In this document: in pieces, positions 10,337 through 19,539 of the stretch
Position numbering within the stretch: position 1 is the first letter of the stretch
How the letters are laid out: the number at the start of each line of letters is the position of its first letter
DNA from: a virus
Strand: one strand, 5' to 3'
DNA: 64,000 bases
IMG/VR virus record: IMGVR_UViG_3300025128_005882
Location: 13,568-77,567 of that record
The notes under the pieces: generated by a model
What the model was told of the DNA's origin: nothing
What the model saw: the letters and a program-made list of their open reading frames with translations, nothing else
The model's database searches: none
Made by a program: the position numbers and the translations under genes

Positions 10337-11391
10337 TAAGCCTTTTTGTAGAAGTTGTTATTTTTTATGTTATAAGCCTCGTTGAAAATTTTACTCCAGT
10401 TCGATATAAAACTTTCTTCAGAGAACTGTTCAATTACTGTCTGACGTGCATTTTCGCCAAGCCTATTTCTAAGGTCTTCGTCTCCAAGTAGCTGTTCTAT
10501 GTATGATCTTAATTCCTTTTCGTCGTTTGAAATCATGCCATTCTCACCGTGTTTCACAACATCAGGTATCATACATGTTGCGGTTGTCACCACTGCGCAG
10601 CCGCACGCCATTGCTTCCAAAAGAGATGTAGGAATTGGACTTACCGTTGTAGTATTTAGATACACCTGAGTGCTTGCGTAATCTTTTACAAGCTCCTCAA
10701 TACAGCTAGCGGGCTCAGAAAAACCGTCTGGACTACTCCCTATAACTTTAGTTTCGATTCCATTCGTTATTCTTTCCCAACCAGAGTAATTTAAACAGTA
10801 GTCTCTGTTCTTAAAGTCGTTAGCTACGGTTAGCACTACAGGACTTCTGTCATAGCCCCCCGGCTTGAATAGTTCTACATCAACTGCATGGTGAACCACC
10901 TGTTGATTGTCTGACTGTATTTTCCATTGCTCCCTAGACCAGTCAGAGATAAATACATTTATATCTCCTGCCATTCCCTTTATTTCTTCTAGCCACTCTT
11001 GTTTTAGAACTGAGGTGGGAGCTGTGTGTTCTAGCGCTATAATTGGAAGATTTAATTTTTGATTTATTAGTTCGGCCACTTGGAACTGGCCAAATTTACT
11101 TTGAGCCAAAATAAAGTCAAACTTGATGCCTCTGTACAGTGTCTCTTTTGGGAGGGCGTAGAAGTTATCGGGCACTTTGCCATAATCTTCATTCCATACT
11201 TTTATACCTTCAGTCAAAAAGCCGTAAAAGTTGTGACCAGTTTTAGCCATTAGCGTCTGGTATCTTTCGTGCGTAGCAAATGTAAGTATGTTATACTTCT
11301 CTCTTTTGCCAGAAGTCGCATCGTCTATGAGTCTAGAAACATAGTCACTTGGCGGCATCTCTGGTACACGTACTCTATGTGTTCTAGGCAT
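10336..11391 (-). CDS. GT4 glycosyltransferase
   Basis: PTSLLEAMACGCAVV, HGENG. Confidence 0.85.
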   Translation of the reverse strand: MPRTHRVRVPEMPPSDYVSRLIDDATSGKREKYNILTFATHERYQTLMAKTGHNFYGFLTEGIKVWNEDYGKVPDNFYALPKETLYRGIKFDFILAQSKFGQFQVAELINQKLNLPIIALEHTAPTSVLKQEWLEEIKGMAGDINVFISDWSREQWKIQSDNQQVVHHAVDVELFKPGGYDRSPVVLTVANDFKNRDYCLNYSGWERITNGIETKVIGSSPDGFSEPASCIEELVKDYASTQVYLNTTTVSPIPTSLLEAMACGCAVVTTATCMIPDVVKHGENGMISNDEKELRSYIEQLLGDEDLRNRLGENARQTVIEQFSEESFISNWSKIFNEAYNIKNNNFYKKA

Positions 11392-12511
11392 TTAAAAACT
11401 CCTTTATCTTATTTCCTACAGACTCATATGAGAACTCTTTCGCTCTTTTTATGCCAGCCTGCCTATCAATGACGTGTCTGTTTTCATAATAATATCTCAT
11501 AGACTTTTTAATTTCTACCTCGCTGGGGTCAAACCACAGCTCTCTTCCGGTTAGTATTTCTGGGAAGGCTGCGTCTGGGCAGTCGCAAACTGCTAGCTGG
11601 CCGCCAACTAGTGTTCCGGTGCTCTTATCTTTAGGATCTATAAAATCAGCCGGCCCTCCAAAATTGCTACATATTGGCGTTTTTCCATAAGCCATAGCTT
11701 CAAAGGATGGTATAGACCAAGCTTCACCGTGAGATGGGCACACAAAACAGTCTCCGTACTGATGTAAGGCCTTGACTCCTTCATCAGGTAGGTCGTCTGC
11801 TATGACTACTTCTGGCGCGTAATGCTCATCATTTCTGTATATCCTTAGTCTATTCCTTACCGCCGCACAAAGATTACCTACTTGTGACACTGTGTCCGAT
11901 GGAGATTGACCGTACTTTCTAACTTTAATTATTAAGGATACGTTATCAGATCTTCCAAACTCAGAGTGGAAGCATTTGACTACAGATGCCAGATTCTTCC
12001 TCTCATTTAAGTCTCCAATATAATAAAATTTAAACGTACCGTCTGCTTCGGGTATTTCTACTTGCTGACTAGCTGAACCAAAGAACTTAGCCATGTCGCT
12101 AGGGTGAGGCAAAACTTTTAACCCACCCTTTACGACAACCCCGTCGTCGATTAGGCTAGACCAAGAGCTAGAATTTGGAACCCAAACTTCATCCATCTGA
12201 CGCAAGTGAACAGCCCAAGGCTGCATTTTTATATTAAGAGTTTCGCCTTCAAACCGAGCTACATTTTTCTTAAATTTGTCTGTACCAACCAAGTGGTGAG
12301 GTAGTAAGTGTTGTATACAATACTCAGCTCCCGCTACAGACTTCTTTTCTAGCTCCAGTATGTTTTCGGGCACTTGGTACTGTAGTCCAGTCAATGCAAC
12401 ATTGCGAGGCACTACATCTATACCTACCCGTTCCATTGCAGATATTGCATTTATTGAAGCGCTAGCCCAACCAGTGCCTTCTTTATAGTGACCTAAATAT
12501 AATACTTTCAT
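11384..12511 (-). CDS. GT4 glycosyltransferase
   Basis: ERKN, PSHGEAWSIPSFEAMAYG. Confidence 0.85.
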   Translation of the reverse strand: MKVLYLGHYKEGTGWASASINAISAMERVGIDVVPRNVALTGLQYQVPENILELEKKSVAGAEYCIQHLLPHHLVGTDKFKKNVARFEGETLNIKMQPWAVHLRQMDEVWVPNSSSWSSLIDDGVVVKGGLKVLPHPSDMAKFFGSASQQVEIPEADGTFKFYYIGDLNERKNLASVVKCFHSEFGRSDNVSLIIKVRKYGQSPSDTVSQVGNLCAAVRNRLRIYRNDEHYAPEVVIADDLPDEGVKALHQYGDCFVCPSHGEAWSIPSFEAMAYGKTPICSNFGGPADFIDPKDKSTGTLVGGQLAVCDCPDAAFPEILTGRELWFDPSEVEIKKSMRYYYENRHVIDRQAGIKRAKEFSYESVGNKIKEFLNA

Positions 12512-14187
12512 TAAGATTGCATCCTTTGCTTCATAGATTCCACTCTAATATTTTCCCAATGCATTCTTCTCTGATTGAGCTGAGAAAAATGATCGTATGC
12601 TATATCAAAGTTAAACGCCTGTCTAGTATTTCTGCCCTCAAAAGCTGCTGACTCCTCGTTAAAATACATGCCTCCGGTAGATGCGGTGGAAGTGTTGTAA
12701 ATCAAGTCTCTTGTCAGTCTGGCTTCAAAGAATGTATTTAAAAATCTGGGCTCTCTAAGCACCTCGACTATTAACCATTTTGCAACCTGCGATTGTGTCA
12801 TTGTATTATAATCAACCTTTATCTTTGGAGCTGAAGGCTGAAGAAGTGGCTGAGATGCCCAAGTTTGTTCGATTGGCGGTATCTCTACGCTGTCAAAGTA
12901 TGACTCCCAGACTTTGCCGCTTTTGTCCCACTGGTAAAACTCCTCAAAGTTACTGCGTGTATTGTCACTGTCGGCTTTTCTTTCGTCATCTGTTTTTGAG
13001 AAAAACTTAAGAAACTCTTTTGCTGTGTTTTCGTTGTCAGGCACTGCTCTAAAGCAACCCGTTTCAAGCTCTTTGTAGAGAGCTTTTGGTGGCAAAGGCG
13101 TGCCGCCCAGCTTTCTTATCACGCTCTCCATTGCTGAGTAATCTGTTGACATAACCGGAACACCGCAAGCCGCCGCTTCTACTTGAGGTAAACCAAAGCC
13201 TTCTGAATTTGCATACTGCACATACAGGTCAAATAAATTAATGATGTCTGACAGCTGCTCGTAGGAAGCTCCAGACTTTACACTAGATAGCTCTGCGTTG
13301 AACTTCCTAGTATAAGGAGACTCAGTTACAGCTCCTCTAAAGATAGACACAAAAGGCATCCTTGTTTCTGGGCATATGTATGTAAATAGGACTTTGGAGG
13401 CTATACCGTGCTGATGAAGGAGTTCTGGCACGTCCCACCCTAAGTCTGGATAGCTAGTGTGGCAGTAAAGATAACAGTTCTTATCTTCACTTTTATCTAG
13501 AAACATTTTGAACGCTTCAAAGAGGTCAGGATAAAGCTTTCTCCTTTGGTTTCGCATCACAGTGCCTATGATCTTAGCGTTTGGATCTAGGTCATATTTT
13601 TCTCTAAGCTGTTTTTTGTCTTTTTGCTGATAGGCTGCGTGGGCAGAAGGAGGAGAGCTGCCAAGATAATTAATCTTTCCGCCAGACTGGTCGTCTAGTA
13701 TGCCGCCGGCCCAGTCTGAGTATGTTAAACATGCGTCTGCAGATTGGTATGTGCTGATCCATTGTCTGGCTTGAGGGCGAGCATCTACGGTGGGCATGAT
13801 ACACCATTTAAAATATGGTCTATAAGGAGATCTCTCTGCAAAGTCAAGCATCCAAAAGTCTCTAATGTCACATACCACATCTGGTAGAAAATCAAGACAC
13901 ACCCTTTCAAACGCCCACTCACCGAACTGGTTAGTGGCTTTAGAGCCGTAGTCGTTTATTTCTTCTTGAGAAGATTTAGGCTCTGAGTTCATGTTAGGCA
14001 TAGCGCCATAAAATTTCCAAGGTATTGAGTCGCCCCTTGCATCATTTAACTCGCCGTAGGCTGATAGCTCAGCAAGTTCGTATTTGCCTGTGCTGTGTAG
14101 GTATGTAAGTATCTCTCTATTGTATGTGGCATATCCAGTATTTAAGAAAGTTGCTTCGCCACAAAAAAGTATACGTTTTTTTCTCAT
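12511..14187 (-). CDS. GT4 glycosyltransferase with C-terminal extension
   Basis: RNQRRK, SEGFGLPQVEAAACGVPV. Confidence 0.85.
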   Translation of the reverse strand: MRKKRILFCGEATFLNTGYATYNREILTYLHSTGKYELAELSAYGELNDARGDSIPWKFYGAMPNMNSEPKSSQEEINDYGSKATNQFGEWAFERVCLDFLPDVVCDIRDFWMLDFAERSPYRPYFKWCIMPTVDARPQARQWISTYQSADACLTYSDWAGGILDDQSGGKINYLGSSPPSAHAAYQQKDKKQLREKYDLDPNAKIIGTVMRNQRRKLYPDLFEAFKMFLDKSEDKNCYLYCHTSYPDLGWDVPELLHQHGIASKVLFTYICPETRMPFVSIFRGAVTESPYTRKFNAELSSVKSGASYEQLSDIINLFDLYVQYANSEGFGLPQVEAAACGVPVMSTDYSAMESVIRKLGGTPLPPKALYKELETGCFRAVPDNENTAKEFLKFFSKTDDERKADSDNTRSNFEEFYQWDKSGKVWESYFDSVEIPPIEQTWASQPLLQPSAPKIKVDYNTMTQSQVAKWLIVEVLREPRFLNTFFEARLTRDLIYNTSTASTGGMYFNEESAAFEGRNTRQAFNFDIAYDHFSQLNQRRMHWENIRVESMKQRMQS

Positions 14188-14502
14188 CTATTCTTCTTCT
14201 CCAATATTAGCAAAGTCAAACTCATTAATTCTAAATATAATGCCTTTTTCCCCTTTGCCGGGATTTCTAGCAGAAGCATGAACAGAAATCTTAGAGCCTT
14301 TTCTGGCAAACTTCTTGATTGTTTCTCCGCCCGTATGCCAAGCCTCACAATTTAAGAAGGTAGGTATTCTACTTTTTTCTCCTGTGCTCTTTGTTTTTCT
14401 GTAAGTGTAGGTTATCAAAGTGAATTCTACCAAGCTAACTCCGTTTACATTGGAGAGCTTGGGATCTTCAGATAGATATCCAGTAAAAGAACAGATGTTC
14501 AT
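14188..14502 (-). CDS. ssb: single-stranded DNA-binding protein (short, OB fold only)
   Basis: MNICSFTGYLSEDP, FLNCEAW, KGSKISV. Confidence 0.7.
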   Translation of the reverse strand: MNICSFTGYLSEDPKLSNVNGVSLVEFTLITYTYRKTKSTGEKSRIPTFLNCEAWHTGGETIKKFARKGSKISVHASARNPGKGEKGIIFRINEFDFANIGEEE

Positions 14503-14520
14503 ATTTTGTATCCTTTTTGT

Positions 14521-15174
14521 TTATTCAAAAGTTATATTAATAACTTCGTTGCAATCTATGTCTTCTTCTTTGTGGTGTTTATACTTTTCGTAAAGGTCTT
14601 CACTTACCCACCAATCTTCTATTCTTCCATATCCATTCAGCACAACATCTGCCCACAAAATGCTGTACCCATAACTAGCCAGTGTTTCACGATATTTTTT
14701 ATACTCGTCGGCTATTCTCTTGCGGCGGTCTGGATAATCTTTTGTAAATGGGCAGTGTTCAGTGGATTGATATAAATTGTGTTCTAAAGTAAGAACTTTA
14801 AACTTGTACTTAGACCAATCAAATTCATTGAATACTTTCCACTGTGCATCATCTACGTCTAAAGATATATAATCTATGTTTTCTGGACACCCAATAGATT
14901 CTAGAAACTCATTTATGTTGACTTTCAAAAGATCTTCGCAGTATACAGTATCTGGTCTTGACTCCTTGACTGCGTTATACCATGCTCTATCATAATCTAT
15001 CGCTATGCCACCCCACTGTCTATACTCCTCGAAAAAGTAAGTATTGCTAAAATGGCCAGCGAATAGTGGCGGCAGACCTCCTGTTCCAGCGCCTATGTCT
15101 AGGAAAAATCCTTCATCTTTATTCAACAGCTTATCGACAAAAACATCTTGTCTTACTTGTGAATTATATAGCAC
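14521..15174 (-). CDS. FkbM-family methyltransferase
   Basis: FFLDIGA, SNTYFFE, IDYISLDVD, LEHN, EDWW. Confidence 0.8.
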   Translation of the reverse strand: MLYNSQVRQDVFVDKLLNKDEGFFLDIGAGTGGLPPLFAGHFSNTYFFEEYRQWGGIAIDYDRAWYNAVKESRPDTVYCEDLLKVNINEFLESIGCPENIDYISLDVDDAQWKVFNEFDWSKYKFKVLTLEHNLYQSTEHCPFTKDYPDRRKRIADEYKKYRETLASYGYSILWADVVLNGYGRIEDWWVSEDLYEKYKHHKEEDIDCNEVINITFE

Positions 15175-15224
15175 GTCCTATCTCCATATTTATATATTAC
15201 CCAATACATGCGAGTAAAAACACA

Positions 15225-16796
15225 CTAAATCTCAAAAATATTACTAACAATAAAAGAATTATCTTGTTCTGATACACTACCCGAGAATAGTAGATTATTA
15301 CCCTCATATAACTGGTACTGAAATTTATCTCTACATTCTGGGAATACAATTACACTATCTAAGGAACATGTTTCGTCTTCTATAGTTAAGAATGACATAT
15401 ACTTACCTTTTGACTTGCCCTTCTTTATCTTATAGTCAGACACTCTTTTTATATTGCCGGCGAGCATTAAGCTCTTGCCCTTCTTTCCCTCCAGCACTTC
15501 TTTGCAGGTACTGTTCGCGCCTGATGTGTCGGCAGTCTCTACCTTAGACATGCTAATTGGACAGCCAAGATACTTAACTTCTTGACCTATGACCCAAGAT
15601 GGATCGTCTGAAAGGTCATACGGAGGATTATTCAAGAAATATATCTCATTCTGTATTAGCTGACTTCGTTCTATCTTGCTAGTACCTCCACCTTCTTTCT
15701 TCGTTGGCGCGAGGTCTATAAGGCATTTCTCTAGCGTCGTCCATCTTTTCTTAGGATAGTTTTCTACGACCCACCTAAGCTCTGCGGCTGTCAAAGACCT
15801 GAATATTTCGTATTGATATAGTGCTTCATTTCTTGTAATTCTATCTCTAAAGCCACGAAAAAACCCTACTGACGCTAACGCTTTGAACGCAGTTGAATTT
15901 ATCTTCTTTGACATATATACCAATACGTCCATCCACTTTAAATTTTCTGCATCCTTGCCTAGCTCATCAAGCAACTCGTCTACAGCAAGCAGAACTTTGT
16001 CCCCAGTTTTACCAGTCAGCGACTTAATGTCTTTTACGCCAAAGTATAGATTGCCTTTTCTCATGCAAAACTTTTCTGAGAAGTTAGATATATTTGGTGT
16101 CTTGGTTTCTATGTTGAATAGCTTAGCGTCACTAACCAGCTCATATATCTCTTCGTGGGGATCTTGCTTTTCACCCGCATGGTACAGATAGGACAGGAAG
16201 AACTCCTGCGTATTGTTGGCCTTGTGAAACGCGCTCCAATATGAACACATAGCATATGCTACAGCATGAGACTTGTTGAAAGAGTACCTGCTAGACTTCT
16301 CAATCCAGCTAAATATTTCGTCCGCTGTTGCTTCATCAACTGTACCTAGCTTCTTGCAACCCTTCACGAAATCCTTCTTGACTTTTGCCATCAAGTCGGC
16401 CTTCTTTTTACCAATAGCTTTTCTGAGGACGTCAGCTTCTTTTAGGTCAAACCCAGCCAGATTTTGTGCGATCCTCATGGACTGCTCTTGGTAGACTAAA
16501 ACGCCGTATGTGGGTTTCAGAACATCCTTCAGCGATTCGTGTAGATAGCTAACCTCTTCTACGCCATGTTTTCTGTCAATGTATCTCTGCGTCATTGACT
16601 TACCGTCAGAAATCGCTTTCAGACATCCCGGCCTGATAAGAGCAACAAGAGCTGCAAGTTCTTCTATGTTGCTTGGCTTTAGCTTCTTAGACCAAGACTT
16701 ACCAAGATTGCTTTCAAGCTGGAAGACACCTTTAGTTTTGCCTTCATGAAACAGCTCCCAAGTTTTCTCACACTTGTAGTTAATTTCTCTAGACAT
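15225..16796 (-). CDS. dnaE: DNA polymerase III alpha, C-terminal half (fingers, HhH, OB)
   Basis: GVFQLES, ALIRPG, TYGVLVYQEQ, ADVLRKAIGKK, YSFNKSHAVAY, MSFLTIED; likely start MSREINY. Confidence 0.92.
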   Translation of the reverse strand: MSREINYKCEKTWELFHEGKTKGVFQLESNLGKSWSKKLKPSNIEELAALVALIRPGCLKAISDGKSMTQRYIDRKHGVEEVSYLHESLKDVLKPTYGVLVYQEQSMRIAQNLAGFDLKEADVLRKAIGKKKADLMAKVKKDFVKGCKKLGTVDEATADEIFSWIEKSSRYSFNKSHAVAYAMCSYWSAFHKANNTQEFFLSYLYHAGEKQDPHEEIYELVSDAKLFNIETKTPNISNFSEKFCMRKGNLYFGVKDIKSLTGKTGDKVLLAVDELLDELGKDAENLKWMDVLVYMSKKINSTAFKALASVGFFRGFRDRITRNEALYQYEIFRSLTAAELRWVVENYPKKRWTTLEKCLIDLAPTKKEGGGTSKIERSQLIQNEIYFLNNPPYDLSDDPSWVIGQEVKYLGCPISMSKVETADTSGANSTCKEVLEGKKGKSLMLAGNIKRVSDYKIKKGKSKGKYMSFLTIEDETCSLDSVIVFPECRDKFQYQLYEGNNLLFSGSVSEQDNSFIVSNIFEI

Positions 16797-17466
16797 ATAG
16801 TTCGCCGTCTGCAAATGCTTTATCAATAGTCAAGTTTCTATATACAGCTCTATGTGTCTTCATGAATTTAATCATGATATTGGCTGTATCTTTAACGTCT
16901 TGCAGTGCATCGTGAGCATTTTCTTTGCTAAGACCCATTCTATCTCTCAATGAATCCATGCTAATAGACTTTATTGATGGGTCTCCTTCTGTCCACATAA
17001 ACATATTATCCATCATGTCTACTTTATAGATCTTATTAAAAAGCTTTTGCTGCTGTCTTTCTTTGTCGTATGGGCCGTATGCTTTACATAGTCTATCTAC
17101 GATAATCATATCAAACCCAATGATATTAAACCCAGCTGGGATTGGAGCAAAGAACTGCGTCCCCTTCCAGTTGTGCTGATTGACAAAATCACAGAACTTT
17201 TTCCATACAGTTTTTGGTAGTGGAGCTTTCGCTAGATCTTCTCTATTCTTACCAGTGATGCGAAGCGCTTCATCCTCTAATGGATCGAAGCCCATTTCAA
17301 TAGCTTTTTCGTCGTCCAAGACTGGTCGAATCTCGCTATTAAAAGTACCTTTCAGCTTAAAGTTCCTGCCGTCTAGCGCCAGCGCCGCAATCTGAGTGGG
17401 CTGCGTCTTGCGTGGGTTTCTACTTCCAGTTTCAAAGTCAAATACGATATAGTCTCTAATTGCCAT
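16789..17466 (-). CDS. DEDDh 3'-5' exonuclease (epsilon/DnaQ-like)
   Basis: FDFETG (ExoI), GFNIIGFD (ExoII), AHDALQDV (ExoIII). Confidence 0.9.
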   Translation of the reverse strand: MAIRDYIVFDFETGSRNPRKTQPTQIAALALDGRNFKLKGTFNSEIRPVLDDEKAIEMGFDPLEDEALRITGKNREDLAKAPLPKTVWKKFCDFVNQHNWKGTQFFAPIPAGFNIIGFDMIIVDRLCKAYGPYDKERQQQKLFNKIYKVDMMDNMFMWTEGDPSIKSISMDSLRDRMGLSKENAHDALQDVKDTANIMIKFMKTHRAVYRNLTIDKAFADGELYV

Positions 17467-19090
17467 CTAATACTTCCTCAATTTTCATAATCTTATCTAG
17501 TAAGTTAATTCCTAGTACGTCAAACTTTACGTGGCCTAGAGCTTCAAGATCAGCCATTTCTAGCCCTGCAATCTTTTCGCCTCCACTCCTTTGGTCTACC
17601 ATTGGGCAAACCTCGTGTAATCTATCTGAAGATATAACAACGCCAGCGGCGTGCTTACCTTGGGTTTTGAATGTGCCTTCTAAACTAATTGCCTGATCAA
17701 AATAATCTGCGTAGTCTCCTTCAAGGTAGCCAGAGTCGTTCACAAAGCAATAGTCTCGCAACTCTTCTGAGTTATTAATAAGAGCAAATCTAATGATAGA
17801 ACGATCTTCCTCGTCCATAGCTTGTAGTTGGTCGGATACGTCGGCTTCGTTAGGTATGCACTTTGATATTACATTCATTTCGCCAAACGAACACGCCTCG
17901 TTGATGCGTAATACTTCTTTCAGTGCGCTCCTACCTTGCAGTCTACCAAACGTGAGCATCTGACTCACATTATCTTTGCCATATTTGCTTTTAAGGTAGT
18001 CAATAATTTCATCTCTTTTCCTGCCGGGAACGTCGATGTCAATATCAGGTAGTGATACGTGGCCTCCTGTGTTTCTACCGGCGTTATAGAATCGCTCAAA
18101 TAGCAGGTCATACTCGATTGGGTCGATCTTGGTGATACCAATTAGATATGAAATCAAGCAACCCGCCGCAGATCCTCTTCCCGGCCCTGATAGCCAACCA
18201 GAGTCGTTTACGAAATTAATAATATCTCTAACAATTAAGAAGTATCCAAATAGATGAGCGTCGTTGATAACATCGAATTCCGTCTTGAATCTATCCAGAT
18301 ACTTTTGTTTCATGTCTTCTTCAGCAACCTTCCCAGTTTTTATAAGAAGGTCTCTCCAGCCCTCACGACATAGCTGTTTTAGATAATCTTCTTCAGACTC
18401 GCCTGTTGGTGTGGGAAACTCAGGCAACATTGGAGAACTAAGAATGTCATACTCCTCGCATTTGTCTACAATTTGTTTAACATTCATATCCAAGTCCTCA
18501 GTCAGTATTTCACATACTTCTGTAGAGTCAGGAAGATAGAAGGTGTTTTGCTCAAAGAATTCTCTATTATCAAAATCTTCGTGCTTCGATAACAGTTTAT
18601 TTATCTTAGGTACTGTCGTCTTCATTTTAGAACATAGTAGTATTCTATGCAGAGGTGCGTCCTCTTTATTTGTGTAATATGTTTCCATGAGTGCTGGCGT
18701 TCGTTTGTAGAAGTCCTCGCCCTTGATTGGCGAGTAGCCAGCTTTGTCTGCCACAGATATGAGGTTGCCTTTTGATGTGACCTTTAGCAAAAACTTTTTA
18801 TCATAGTTGCCTTCTTCGTCTAGCGAGGACACAAGTTTAATTAGATCTAGCCATCCGTCTTTGTTTTTGGCGAATAGCGTGAATGTGTCGAACGTGCAGC
18901 CAATGATTGGCTTAATGCCGTTGCTTTTGCAGGCCATAAAGAAGCTGACTGCGCCTGAGATAGATTTATAATCAGCGATGCCACAAGCTTTGTAGCCGTT
19001 AGCCTTGCATTTCTCTGCTAACTGCTGTGGCTTTGAATATCCTTTTAGCAAGCTGTAGTGCGTATAGTTGCACAGTGGAGCCCATTCCAT
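17456..19090 (-). CDS. dnaE: DNA polymerase III alpha, N-terminal half (degenerate PHP + palm/thumb)
   Basis: GPGRGSAAG, LLFERF, LPDIDID, GKHAAGVVI, VKFDVLG. Confidence 0.92.
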   Translation of the reverse strand: MEWAPLCNYTHYSLLKGYSKPQQLAEKCKANGYKACGIADYKSISGAVSFFMACKSNGIKPIIGCTFDTFTLFAKNKDGWLDLIKLVSSLDEEGNYDKKFLLKVTSKGNLISVADKAGYSPIKGEDFYKRTPALMETYYTNKEDAPLHRILLCSKMKTTVPKINKLLSKHEDFDNREFFEQNTFYLPDSTEVCEILTEDLDMNVKQIVDKCEEYDILSSPMLPEFPTPTGESEEDYLKQLCREGWRDLLIKTGKVAEEDMKQKYLDRFKTEFDVINDAHLFGYFLIVRDIINFVNDSGWLSGPGRGSAAGCLISYLIGITKIDPIEYDLLFERFYNAGRNTGGHVSLPDIDIDVPGRKRDEIIDYLKSKYGKDNVSQMLTFGRLQGRSALKEVLRINEACSFGEMNVISKCIPNEADVSDQLQAMDEEDRSIIRFALINNSEELRDYCFVNDSGYLEGDYADYFDQAISLEGTFKTQGKHAAGVVISSDRLHEVCPMVDQRSGGEKIAGLEMADLEALGHVKFDVLGINLLDKIMKIEEVLDGN

Positions 19091-19131
19091 AGTAAATCCT
19101 CAATATAAATTTCAATGTTAAAAACTTGGCA

Positions 19132-19183
19132 ACGGGACGAAGTCGTGAATCTAAAATGAATTAGATGACTAGCTGAATCCCGT
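19132..19183 (-). ncRNA. 52-nt symmetric internal-loop RNA element, copy A (dnaE leader)
   Basis: ACGGGAU|UCAGCUAGUC|AUCUAA|UUCAUU|UUAGAU|UCACGACUUC|GUCCCGU; same geometry as copies B-D. Confidence 0.75.
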
Positions 19184-19190
19184 GCCTCGT

Positions 19191-19202
19191 TATTATATTA
19201 TA
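19191..19202 (-). promoter_or_regulatory. putative -10-type promoter element TATAATATAATA upstream of dnaE
   Basis: Tandem TATAAT; similar AT-rich elements at about 39721-39735 and 47640-47650. Confidence 0.45.
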
Positions 19203-19224
19203 GTCAAATCAAGCGTATAAAACA

Positions 19225-19530
19225 CTAGTTTCCAAGATATTCTATGGTTTTTATAGCACTGTCTTTCATTTGCTCTTTCATATCTTCGCAAGCTGGACAC
19301 ATTTCCTGCTGCATAGGCATATGTACTCCAAGGCGATGATGTGTTAGGAATATAGCCTTTAGTATGTGAGTGTCTCTAGATCTGCTTTCCTGTATTAGCG
19401 TCTGGAGCGCAGGGTCTGAGGCCAAGATAATATCAGGCTCATGTAGTTCTTTGTACATCCAGCCATTAAAACCTAAACTTACTAAATTGATAAATACGAG
19501 TACATAAACAGCATTCTTGAAGAAATTCAT
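19225..19530 (-). CDS. hypothetical membrane-anchored protein
   Basis: N-terminal hydrophobic helix; THH..H..CPAC. Confidence 0.55.
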   Translation of the reverse strand: MNFFKNAVYVLVFINLVSLGFNGWMYKELHEPDIILASDPALQTLIQESRSRDTHILKAIFLTHHRLGVHMPMQQEMCPACEDMKEQMKDSAIKTIEYLGN

Positions 19531-19539
19531 TTTTACACC

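Noticed and set aside
15225-19090. Split intein in DnaE
   Set aside because: No intein N-terminal block or HN-C/S/T junction; the YSFNKSH site is uninterrupted
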